From NCBI GenBank assembly GCA_030324005.1, contig JARDVH010000059.1, forward strand, positions 76,273,088 through 76,332,953: a stretch of DNA of 59,866 nt. Reading direction: 5' to 3'. Below the pieces are notes generated by a model that saw nothing but the letters and a program-made list of their open reading frames with translations, ran no database searches and was not told the DNA's origin. A program made the position numbers and the translations under genes. The DNA comes from Negaprion brevirostris (lineage: Eukaryota). Below are positions 39,988 through 51,579 of the stretch, piece after piece. The stretch's first letter is position 1, and each line of letters begins with the position of its first letter.

Positions 39988-40240
39988 ATAAAAAGCAAAA
40001 TACTGCAGTTGCTGGAATCTGAAACAAAAACAGAAAACACTAGAAAATCTCAGCAGGTCTAACAGCATCTGTGGAGAGAGAATAGAGCCAACGTTTCAAA
40101 CCCGGATAGCCCTTTGTCAGAGCTCAACGAAGCTCCATGAGCTCTGACGAAGGGTCATCCTGACTCGAAACATTGGCTCTATTCTCTCTCCACAGGTGCT
40201 GTCAGACCTGCTGAGACTTACTAGTGTTTTCTGTTTTTAT
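39988..40240. mobile_element. Penelope-like palindromic insertion (two inverted termini)
   Basis: 40026-40125 is the reverse complement of 40139-40238; flanked by tta(t/a)gagtcaac duplication. Confidence 0.88.
40139..40179 (+). ncRNA. Minimal type I hammerhead ribozyme motif (Penelope-associated, stem III mutated)
   Basis: GAGCT-CTGACGA-a-GGGTCA-tcc-TGACTC-GAAA-CATT-GGCTC: stems I and II pair; the mirror copy at 40084-40125(-) has GAAACGTT but CTGACAA. Confidence 0.7.
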
Positions 40241-40265
40241 TTAAGAGTCAACACATTACTATGGA

Positions 40266-40388
40266 TAAAAGCAAAATGCTGCAGATGCTGAAAATCCAAG
40301 ATAAATGTTGGGAAAACTCAAGGTTGGCAGCATCTGTGAAGAGAAACAGAGTTGACATTTCGCATCTGTTTGACTCTTCTTTAGAACT
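40266..40388 (-). mobile_element. Penelope-like terminal fragment
   Basis: aaaagcaaaatgctgcagatgctg...gcagcatctgtgaagagaaacagagttgacatttcg; flanked by cattactatggat/cattaatgtggat. Confidence 0.75.
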
Positions 40389-41492
40389 CATTAATGTGGA
40401 TCTGGAGTCACATATAAGCCAGATCTGACAAAGACAGATTTCTTTCCTTAAAGGGCATTAATGAACCAGATGGGTTTTTACAACAATTGACAACAGTTTC
40501 ACAGTCAACATTGCTGAGATATGCTTTCAATTCCAGATTTTAATTAAATTTAAATTCCACTAGCTGCCATATGGTGGGATTGGAACTCTCATCCCAGAGA
40601 GTTAACTTGGGCCACTGGATTATTAGCCCAGTGACAGCCATCCACAAATGATATTTTATACAAACCAAAAATTTTCTGTTCAGCAGTTTCTTGACCATTA
40701 GCCCCCTCCCTGTAATTAGTGTGTCTGTTGATTATCTTTTCCTTTCTTTTATGTTCCTCTTGATTTTACCAAGATGTCTTATTTGTCTTTCAGTCTCCAG
40801 CTCTGACTAAAAGGTTGGAAATAGCATAACCCATTACTTTTCTTCCACTTTCAGGGGCTATAAATTTCCAGATGTTCCATTTTATTCCTGATTCTTTCAT
40901 TTGTACTGAGATATTTGATCTCTCCAAATAGCAAGGAAACAAAGAATTCGTAAACATACAAGAGGATAACTAAACATCTTGTTCAGTTTAATTTGGAGTA
41001 TGTTAAGTAGCAATTGTTGATTGCATTATCTGAGCTACTAAATTGTAATGGCTGCTGAAGCCAAAAGCAGGTTAGAGCTCAATTAACCTCAAAATCAACA
41101 CTGGCACAATAAAAAAAAACACGCACTTAATTCATGCATTAAGAATTTGAACACTAATGTGCACAGATAATAGAAACAAAATTACATACTGAAGACTTTC
41201 TTTAACAAATGGAATAAAAGTTGCACAGTTTCAAGAAAAGATAGGTAATTCAATTTACCGGATTAACACAAAAGGTAGAAAAGACAAAAATCTACTCCAA
41301 TAAAAATGGGTGAAAACAAAAAAAAAATTACTGTTAATGTTTGTTATACCTTGATGTTTAAAAGGATCTTGTGGCACAGCCTCACCTTTGATAGTGAAGG
41401 CATTATTTGACACAGCCAATGCTAAGGTATAACATCAAAACTCCATCCCATTAAATTATACTTCTTAAAAAATCAGTTACTAAAATATGATT

Positions 41493-42030
41493 GGATGGCA
41501 CAATGCTAGGGATCTGGGTTCAATTCCTGGCTTGGGTCACTGCCTGTACGGAGTCTGCACATTCTCTGTAGGTTTCCTCTGGGTGCTATGGTTTCCTCCC
41601 ATGGTCCCTGGCCATTGTCTCTCCCTTCCGTCGGGGATAAGATACAAAGACTGAGGTCACAAACCAACCGACTTACGAACAGCTTATTTCCTGCTGCCAT
41701 CAGGCTTTTGAATGGACCTATCTTGCACTAAGTTGATCTTTCCCTACACCATAGCTACAACTGTAACACTACATTCCTTTTCTATGAACGGTATGCTTTG
41801 TCTGTATAGCGCGCAAGANNNNNNNNNNCGCAAGAAACAATACTTGTCACTGTATGCTAATACATGTGACAATAATAAATCAAACAGTCCAAAAGGCTTG
41901 CTGGTTAGATGCATTGGCTATGTTACATTCTGTGTACCAGAACAGAGGCTGGAGTGTGGCGACTAGGGGATTTTCACTGTAGCTTCATTGTTATGTTCAT
42001 GTATGCATACCTGTGACGCTAATAAACTTA
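41493..42030 (+). mobile_element. V-SINE with alternative tail, split by a Rex1 insertion
   Basis: Head and V-domain at 41493-41604 resume at 41885 (cagtccaaaagg...gctggttag) and end gactaggggattttcac...tgtgacgctaataaa. Confidence 0.75.
41605..41884 (+). mobile_element. Rex1/Babar LINE 3' end
   Basis: cttccgtcggggataagatacaaa (~LPSGRRY), accaaccgacttacgaacagcttatttcctgctgccatcaggcttttgaat (~TNRLRNSFFPAAIRLLN). Confidence 0.8.
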
Positions 42031-42039
42031 CAACTTAAA

Positions 42040-42302
42040 TTGGCACAGTGGTGAATACAGCTGCCGCACAGTGCCTGGGACCCAGGTTCTATTCCAGCCT
42101 TGGATTGCTGTCTGCATGAAGTTTGCACATTTTCCAGTGTCTGTATGGGTTTCTCCAAAGCTATGTAGGTTAGGTGAATTAGCCATCGTGTGTGCTGTTA
42201 CAAGTATAAGGAAGGGGAGGGGGCTTAGAAGTTACTCTCAGAGATTCGGTGCAGGCTTGATGGGCTGAAAGGTCTCCTTCTGCACTGTAGGGATTCCATG
42301 AC
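42040..42302 (+). mobile_element. HE1-type V-SINE
   Basis: tggcacagtggtgaatacagctgcc...ctccttctgcactgtagggattccatga. Confidence 0.85.
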
Positions 42303-42321
42303 TTTTATTTTAGTTACGTTT

Positions 42322-42585
42322 CAGTCATGGTTCAATGGTAGCATTTTCAGTTTCAACTTAGAAGGTTGTGGTTCAAGTTGCACCCCAGAATCTAGGCTGT
42401 CCCTTCACTATCACAGGAGCTATTTTCAGGTGGGATGACCAATGTCATTTAGAGATTATCTGGTCCTAGTTATATTGCTGTTGTGTGCATGGCAATTTGC
42501 TGTATACAAATTGACTGTACTTCAAAACTGTACTTTATTGGCTTTTAAATGTACAAAAAGATATGATATTAAAGAAGGTGTGTTC
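42322..42585 (+). mobile_element. Deu-domain SINE, decayed
   Basis: gaaggttgtggttcaag; agattatctggtc...attgctgtt...ttgctgtatacaaattgactg. Confidence 0.6.
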
Positions 42586-44919
42586 TTACTTAGGCTAAAT
42601 CCAATTTATGAATGACCTCAGTAGTTGCAGCTCAAGAGCTAGCCTATTGTATCCATGGACATGATCATTACAAATACAGTGACTAAATAAGTAATTGGTG
42701 AAAAACATTCTTCACGTACATTTTAGTACCGACTCAATAGCATTGTTCACAAGTTAACTAAGTGAAAAATCATAGTTATTTAGCAGTTGGAACATCACTG
42801 ACCAATCCAAGCTAAAGTGGCAGTCAGAGTCCTAATTATGTCACAGCATCCTAATTTACATAGTAAAAATGGATTTAAAAAAAAAGGAGAGAAAGGGTCC
42901 ACTATCAGAAATACTCAGACTTTTTGGATACTCAGCAGCATAGGATCCCTTTCAAAATAGCATCAGCCACATCATTAGGGTTAAGGGCAGTGATACCAAC
43001 AATCCCAATTTGAACCTATTGCCATCCCAGAATGGCAGGTGATGGAAGTGAAAATTAATTCAAATTCTTTGTTGTGACTCAGTGTTTGGATTGATTAAAC
43101 CTGTGAAGACTTTTATTCATTTTAACCTTTTCACATATAGCTTGAAATCTAGGGGAACATCCTAGATGGCCTTCCTGAAAAAAAACCCTTCAATTAGCTG
43201 TAGTTGATGACATCGGGCACGCTCGATCACTCATGCCAAATGCAATGATGTAGGTTATGATTCATAGGAGACTTGGTCTGCCTAGGGGAGCCATGGCTCC
43301 CAAAATTCTGCAGAAGCTTTCTAGATTGGGTTATGATTGGAGATTGGAAGAAGACCCATCAGGAATTCTATTCATTCTGTTTGCCTGCACACAAGAGAAT
43401 ATGCGGGAGAAAGCCCAAATAAGACAATGTGCTGGAGAAAGCCCAACCTGCAGCACTATTATCCTCTCAATTCAGCATCACTGGAAGTTTACAATGCCAT
43501 TGAAGAAGTGTTTGAGCCCTGATACCAACACCTGAATACTATATAGTCAAAAATACAATTCCATTGTCCTATGAACCCTCAATTGCCTGATTTTATTAAA
43601 AATTCAAGGCCGAATTTACAGCATTTTACAGTGACATTAATAATTTAGGCAGGTTTGATGTATTAATTTACAAGTAAAAACACAACCATAAATTCAAAAG
43701 TATGATCTATTTAATGGGTCTTATTCTTTCAATTTCATGTTAAAATATGCATGGCCTTCTTACTGCATTAGGTTAATTATAAAGGAACAATCCTATGACT
43801 CACAAGTACTGGAAATGACTCACTTAATTCCAAGCATGGTTCAAAATTATTTTTATCCTTCACCAGCTAAATTTCAGAAGATAGGAGGGCTGACAGGCTT
43901 GGGGGTGGAGTGAGGAAGACATTTCATTACATAGATAATTAACAACAAGTACCTGCAAGCAAAATTTCACACAAATGCATTTTGAAAAAATAAACTTAGG
44001 ACTTGGGTGGGCATCATGACTTATCCCATACTGAGGTGATGGTGCATTGAAATACAGAGCCAAATTAAAAAAAAGTCAGCCTCCCCCAAATTGTCAGTAA
44101 GAGAAAAACTGAGAACCTTGGGACAACCATCTATTCCAAGCCTTCCCACACACCGTTGGCAGCCAGCTACATGTTGGCAGAGGCTAATGATAACATCTCC
44201 ATCCTGACACAAGAGCAGTTTTGCTTTTGAGTCTTTGTGTTGACAATTATACTGGTGATTTCTAAAATAATGCATGNNNNNNNNNNCAAATTGTTCGCAA
44301 ACATTAAAGTACCTGAAGTGCGTGTGTGTCAGGGAAGGAAAGCAACAAAATATAAAATTAAAAAAAATTATGGGCATACTTCTAAAGTTGTTTTAACATA
44401 TTGCAGAGGCAACTGTTTTATGGTTGAAAACCTCATTTATGAAACTACAAACCCTTTTTAGTTGCATAGTAAAAATTTCCACTTGCACAATTGAAAGTGA
44501 CCACTCAGGTAATGACATCCATACGACTGCAAAATGAACTTCGTGCCTCCCATAATTACCGACTAAGGTGCAAACAATTGCCTTACAGTCCTCCATATGG
44601 AGTTCAATAGGTAAATGATCAATCCTCAAAAAGAGAGTGTGCAGAGTAGAAAATGTTACTGATGGTCTGATGAGTAACAAATGATGCAAATGAATAGTGA
44701 ATTGAAAATTACGTTTGTTCCAGACTTCAGAAACTTGCATCATTTGTGTATTGTTCATAATTCTAAGAAGCAATAAGTAATTTATTACTTACAAGTCACT
44801 TTATTGTACTTGGGAATTGAAGATAGGCACACCAATAAATCGGACCAAAGGTTGAGTACTTTAACCCATTTTACAGTTAGATAGTAGAGCAATGACCCTG
44901 CCCGCCCTCTCAAACCTCC

Positions 44920-45850
44920 CATTAGGTTAAACCTAGGGTTAACATTAGGGTAATCTGTCCCAAACATCTATCACCTTCCCAGTTAAATCAAAAGTTATGA
45001 TCCCCTTTCACAATTTAGTTCTCTAATCCTGTATCTAACAGGAGACGTTTCCTGAATCCAAAGTTGCCCACTCATGCAAATCTTAAATATTTCTACTAAA
45101 TCCCTCATCCTATCCAGGAAATAACCCAGGTATTTTAGCACTGAGTCAGCTCTGCAGCCTCTTCCAAAAGACATGCTGGTAAGGTACATGGGCCATGCTA
45201 AATTCTCCCTCAGCTTACCCGAACAGGTGTCAGAGTATGACGACTAAGAGATTTTCACAGCGAATTCATTACAGTGTTAACGTAAGCCTACTTGTGACAA
45301 TAATAAAATAAACTTTAAATTCATACACAGCAGCTCACTTTCCTATTAAATGCCAACATCTTTCACCCAACCTCATCACTTTGCAACTACCCATGTTAAA
45401 TTCCATCTCTGCCAATTGATAGTCCAGAATGAGCTGGACAAGACAGGTCAGACACAGATCACTCTAGATGACACCCAATTGGACATCAAGATATTTTACT
45501 GTCCAAGTAATTTGGAAAATTATAAACAATGACTCTCGCACCAACTCCCGTGAGACCCACTTGGCTTCCATCCTTAACCCCCCACCCCCCAGCTATGCAC
45601 CAATAGCATTTTCAGTCTACCTTTCAGTTTTGCATCATTCAAATAATAAAAGTAATAATCTATCCCAAGAATATGCACTTTGCGAATCAATCTATTATTG
45701 GGCACAGGATCAAACACTTTATGCAATTCAGGTGCATAATATCTAGTGCCTTATCCTTACTTACCAGATAAAAACATCCATAAAATACAATAATTTAATC
45801 GAGCACAAGCTCCATCCTTTGAAAATACATTGACTCGCTCTAATAAGAAT
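44920..45850 (-). mobile_element. Decayed CR1 with nested V-SINE tail (45160-45315, +)
   Basis: ORF 44995(-) RMRDLVEIFKI; taaatccctcatcctatcc; the nested tail matches 41885-42030. Confidence 0.6.
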
Positions 45851-47432
45851 TGTAACTTGATGATTCATAAGTTGACTGGGGAATCTGAACCAGAACTAAA
45901 ATTTGAGTTTTTAGTCTTTCAAAAGTACTAGTAAAGTTTGTTTTGTTATAGCAATTAAGGGTATTAAATCTTGCTCTTTCCAATAGTATGCAGTTACCTA
46001 GCATTCAAACATGTGTCATCCATGCAAACAATCAAGTGCTTCTCCATGTATGAATATAGTGGGCATTGAAGGAGAGTGGCTGAAACTCAGAACAAATATT
46101 TATTGGAATAGTAGATCAAAACTTTGCTGTAGCATTAGGAAGAGGGTCAGCAACGTTAATAACAAAAGCAGCCACTTTTTCCATTTTAGTGAAAAAAATA
46201 TATAATGGTCCATGCGGTCACTTAAGTACCATAACAATGAAAAAAGAAACAGGCATACTTCAACACCATTTTAAAAGGGTTTTTTTAAATGAAAAAAGTT
46301 GATTAACAAGTATAATTGTAACAAAAGCTTAAAAAGCAAGAGATGCCATTTTAATGATCAAAATAAATCAATCAAGCAAGCCCGGAGCTGCACAAATCCT
46401 CAATGAGACACAGGTTTCAGATCCCTGATTTAGACCAAGTAAAACTTTAATCAAGCCCAATTCCTGAAGGTACCCTCTGGATTAGTTTCCATTTTGGGCA
46501 CACAACTGCACTCATTTTGAATAAAGTGTTCCTTCCCCATTGCACCCTTGCTGAAAACTTTTTCCATATCACCAAACATACAAAGGAAATAATCTCCACC
46601 ATCGACACAAGACACACCCCTGAAAGAAAGACTCATCTTGAGGGGTTTCCATTAACTACTTTTGCAGTTGCCAACAATCGCTGTTCTCTCTCAATCTTGT
46701 GAATGAATAGGAAAAACACATCATACTTTTCATAAAAATACTGCACTGGGCAATGAGATAGCTAGATGTTGTTAAACTACTTCCTTGTCTTCTCCTATGG
46801 AGGAAAAGTACTACCTTCACACTAGAAATAGCTGATAAACAAGTCAGCTGTAAACAAGAGGTACAAATACATATAGCGCAACAGGTCTAATTACTGTCAC
46901 AGTGGAGGGAGAAATAATCTATACCATGGCAACCATTTATACTCAACTAAAGAAACTGAAAACTTCTGTTATCTTGCATTTGATGTTAAGGATGAGGTTA
47001 TCAATTGTAATTATCAAGATAAGGAATAGTGTCACCAGTCATTCTGATTTAATAGCTATAGCATTTGGGAGAAATTGTTCCCTTATATAATAAACCTTTC
47101 ATATTGGCAATTGATAATTAGTGCAACCTGTCAACCACAATATCCCTACTTACACTGCTGAGGATTGGCAGTCTATCATAGCTCAGGTAAAATATGCACT
47201 CAAAGTTCAGTGGGCAACTAAAACTCCAGACTGTCATTTTTCCAAACCTTTTTTGGTGTGATTTAACAATTACTAGCCAAAGGCATTCAACATGCATGTC
47301 TACTCACATGTCAAACACCTAATTAAAGCCAGACTTCATTGAAGTCCTTTCCGCTAATGTCTTGTACATAGTCAAACATCAGTTTTTTAAGATAAAAGCT
47401 CAAAATAAAATGTTTCCTTCACTCCCCGTAAA

Positions 47433-47458
47433 ACACACACACACACACACACACACAC
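47433..47458. repeat. (AC)n microsatellite
   Basis: 13 AC units. Confidence 0.95.
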
Positions 47459-47654
47459 CTTCCCTTGATGGAGGTAACTGTAAAAGTGACTATTTTTCAC
47501 AAAACCCAAAGACATCCTAGTTAATAAAAAGGACAGCCAGAACAAGTCCTTGCCCAATGTTTACATATGTGCATTTCTACTGGAGATTACAATCAAAAGC
47601 TGAAGCTTTTGTCCATTCTCAGATGCACTAAGACTAATTACAGCAGTAACTGAG

Positions 47655-47995
47655 CTTCTTCTCTGCTGCCATAAGACTTTTGAATGGACATACCTTACAC
47701 TAAGTTGATCCTCCTCTANNNNNNNNNNNNNNNNNNNNNNNNNNNNNNNNNNNNNNNNNNNNNNNNNNNNNNNNNNNNNNNNNNNNNNNNNNNNNNNNNN
47801 NNNNNNNNNNNNNNNNNNTGAATGGACCTACCTTGCATTAAGTTGATCTTTCTCTAACCCTAGCTATGACTGTAACACTACATTCTGCACTCTCTACTTT
47901 CCTTCTCTATAAACTGTACGCCTCGTCTGTATAACATACAAGAATCAATACTTTTCACTGTATACTAATACATGTGACAATTATAAATCAAATCA
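47655..47995 (+). mobile_element. Rex1/Babar LINE 3' end spanning an assembly gap
   Basis: Near-identical to 41680-41884 (ctgctgccat...ttttgaatggac...aagttgatct...tacatgtgacaa). Confidence 0.8.
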
Positions 47996-48395
47996 ACTGA
48001 AAACAGCTAAATCAGCACAGAAATTTAACCTGGGAAACTTTCCTGACCTGTACGTATTGCATGTACCCACTGAACCAAAAAATTTCCTCAAAGATAAAGC
48101 ATTTTAATTCACCTAACATTCACCAATAAAAGTTACATTTCAAAATCAGATCAGAAACAATTGCTAATTGCTCTACTACTGTAATCAAAAACAGTGGAAT
48201 TCACACATTTGGCAATACCAATATTGCCAGTACCATCCCACAAGTAAATATTTTATTAAAATTCAATTAAATCAGAGATGGACATTACACTGAATATTTT
48301 TAAAAAATTAATTCACAAGAATGTGGCCATCATAGGCAACAAATGCTGATCTTGCCAATCATCTTTTGCTCTTCAGGAGGTGGTGGTGATCCACC

Positions 48396-48662
48396 TGCAC
48401 AGTGATTAGCACTGCTCCCTCACAGCTCCAGGTACCCAGTTTAATTCCCGCTTTGGGTGACTGTGACATTCTCCCAGTGCCTACGTGCATTTCCTCCCAC
48501 TGTCCAAGAATGCATAGGTTTAGGTGGATCAGCCATGATGAACGTATGGGGTTCTGGAAAGAGGGTAGGGGAGAGGGCCTAGGTAAGATACTCTGTCACA
48601 GAGTCGATGCGGACTCGAAGGGCCAAGGGGCTTCCTTCTGCACTATAAAGGATTCTATGATG
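48396..48662 (+). mobile_element. HE1-type SINE nested in a minus-strand tRNA-SINE/LINE-tail remnant (48305-48795)
   Basis: gcacagtgattagcactgctccctcacag...ggattctatgat; flank gccagactaggcaaggatggcagatttcctt. Confidence 0.82.
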
Positions 48663-50062
48663 ATTTGCGAATACAACCGAATGGCTTGATAGGCCGTTAT
48701 AGAGAGCAGTTCATAGTCAATGCCATATGAAGTTACATGTAAGCCAGACTAGGCAAGGATGGCAGATTTCCTTTTCTCAAGTAACACAATGACCATTACT
48801 GTACCATAGTAGTCAAGTTTTGAGAACAAGTCAAAAAATAAAACAAGCAACTGCATTCTGTAATAATTGTAAGCACCTCCATTTGAATACACAACACTGG
48901 GTATGTACATAACAAAAATCTACACAATATCCATTTTAACATGCTTTGCCTTCTCTCCTTGTATTTTTCAAAGTTGACATTTAATAACAAGTTTTCCCTC
49001 TAATCGTAGAAATATACAGCCCTGCATATAGTACTGTTCCTTAAATATTATCTTTTGTGATGGTACACGTTAAGGTTACGATATATTGTAACTGGAAATT
49101 TATAAGCTAAGTTAAACAGAACACTAGTGCGATTCTCCCACCATCACCTTGTTGGTGTTTTTGCTGAAGATCATTTATTAGCTTGCAACAATATTGTTGT
49201 GCTGCATATATTAACCTCATTAGGTTAAGTTCAATTAACAAGCTTGAATAAATAAGAGGAAAATGTATACACATATCTTTCCACATTAGTCATAGAATGG
49301 AAGTAATATACTTCAGAAAGCTTTCAGTATTGAATCTTAATTTGAAGTCCTTTCTGCAGTATTAATGTGCTCATTTATTTTTATTGCAGCTTTTATACTG
49401 TGCTACAGTATGGATATAATCATGGGTCACATTTTATTGCCATGTGACTTACCGGTGTACAAATAACTAAGCCAAAACCAAACTTATTGTGTGAAATCTA
49501 ACACATGAGCATTTGCAAATTACTTTAATGGGCGTTAACAAATACTCATCTCCATGCAACAAAATAAGCAATAAAATCAAATATTAAAAATATCTCATTC
49601 AAATATCAAATTGTGAAATGTACTTGCAGTTAAATTATACACTGTGATGAGTGTGCAAATAGATTTAACTTTCATGTAAAATGAACATTAGCTTTATAGT
49701 ATTATAGCCCTTTAAATGGTTCTCTATGTTCATATTATACAACTAAAAATCTCAGACAATAGATATTATAACAAAAGTACTCACAGAGATGAACCAGGTC
49801 CCAAGTCCAAGGAAGATGTTAAGTCACATTATGGATTGCCACGCATCATGATCAGAACATGAAAAAAAATTAACAATGAAATCAGAAGAATAGAAAACAG
49901 GGTTTAGGAAATGTCAATTTCCTAAAATTGATCATATTTCAGCCCACATTGTAGAACCACAATACAGATAAGTACTATGATATTGACTGATAAACACCCA
50001 AAATTAGTTTATGCATTCATCTGTGTAACTGTCCCTCCCATCACAGCTTGTAGGCTTCTACA

Positions 50063-50539
50063 ATGGTAATATCGAAAAGGAGGTTAAAAAAAAAGGGCAA
50101 TCTTAAAAGTTGCTGCAGCACAAATTTGTCACAATTTTTTGTTTAAAAAAAATCAGTATACAATGTATATGGTGACCATTTCAATGCTATAAATCATAGA
50201 GCACATTCAATTTTTTGCAGCTGATCTCTGCAGGTCAAAGTTAAAATTCAATAACAGCCAGATCCACAGACCAGAAACAAAACCTGCATTTCTGAAATTT
50301 GGTCTCTGCTGTGAACTTTACCAAGCTTGACTATCGCTATATACAGGGTGATTTTCCTTCAAGCAAGTAAATAGACTTCAGTATCTTGCAAAAAATTGAA
50401 TGTACTCTATGATTTATGGCACTCAAATGGTCACCATTCACATTGTACACTAAATTTAAAAAATATTGTGACAAATTTGTGATGCAGCAATGTTTTAAGG
50501 TTGCCTTTTTAAAATAAACCTCCTTTTAGACATTCCCAT
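50063..50539. repeat. Long imperfect inverted repeat (arms ~155 bp, spacer ~167 bp)
   Basis: 50063-50219 pairs with 50387-50539, e.g. cacaaatttgtcacaat/attgtgacaaatttgtg, atggtgaccattt/aaatggtcaccat, taaatcatagag/ctctatgattta, cattcaattttttgca/tgcaaaaaattgaatg. Confidence 0.92.
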
Positions 50540-51579
50540 AGATTTCACTATCTTACAAAAATAATATGATCCTCAAGTTCAAGACAAATTATTAGTATTT
50601 AGAGAGTTAATATAGCTGGAATCAGCCATATCTTTGCAAAAAGCTTAACAAATACTTCCCTCTTAACGTACTTCCAAATTAAACCAAATAACTGAAATTA
50701 AATGATTCTAACCTTACTCTAATGCTGCCATGTTAAGGTCCAAGGCTCTCTTCAAGCAGTTGTCAAACTAAAAATGCTGATTTTTTTTTTTTTTGTTTTC
50801 ACATTTGCTGTGGGTCAGCAGAGGAAACCTATCTCAATTAGCCATAGCATAGATTTATCATTGAGACAAGGGTTTTGATGCCAGTTGTAAATTAATCCAA
50901 CTTAATCAGCAGCCCGACAATCACCAAACTGCTACATAATCAACTTAAACGGGATCAGCTGATGACTACTCTTTTTCCACTGCTTGTTCCAACAAATCAA
51001 TGAAATGCATNNNNNNNNNNNNNNNNNNNNNNNNNNNNNNNNNNNNNNNNNNNNNNNNNNNNNNNNNNNNNNNNNNNNNNNNNNNNNNNNNNNNNNNNNN
51101 NNNNNNNNNNTCAAACAAATCAATGAAATGCATTAGTTGTGGCAAAGGATTCCCATTGTAAGCACGATACATTTACTGCATAAAAGTGCTCCTACTTATT
51201 ATACTGTACAGTATTAAAACCTTCCACATAAGCCATTAACCCATTATCATCTCAGTTGTTTCTTACAATTAAGATCTATTTTAAATGGCTTAAGACTAAG
51301 CTGTTTAGAAAGCAATCACACGCACTCCCATAAGGCTTGTTCGCTGTTAGTTTCATATGATATAGCACAAATGGAATTGTTCATGAGAATCAGACAAGTT
51401 GCAACATCTCTTCACTGAAGCACACTATGTATAACTGAAATTAGTCAACCAAGATCATACACATAAATTGGGCATTTTATAGTGCAATGTTAGAGAGCAG
51501 TAGTTTTGCTGTTTGTGTGAACAAGATGTGACATTTTGATTTATTTTGCTCCAAATACAAGTGTCAGAACTTGAGAAGA

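Larger units (their letters stand above)
39890..40640 (-). mobile_element. tRNA-derived SINE (same family as 21210-21550) carrying two nested insertions
   Basis: Tail ttctttcatgggatgtggg at 39892; body ctggagtcacat...gaaccagatgggtttttacaac; head ggtgggattggaac...ctggattattagcccagtgac. Confidence 0.85.

Noticed and set aside
44393-44773. 126-aa minus-strand ORF
   Set aside because: Non-ATG start, no recognisable domain and no convincing splice boundaries; consistent with chance.
50991-51133. Direct repeat aacaaatcaatgaaatgcat flanking an N gap (similarly 47680-47850)
   Set aside because: Typical overlapping contig ends around a scaffold gap, not a biological repeat.
51481-51500. agtgcaatgttag resembling the miR-130/301 seed
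   Set aside because: The 3' part diverges and no pairing arm for a pre-miRNA hairpin is visible.
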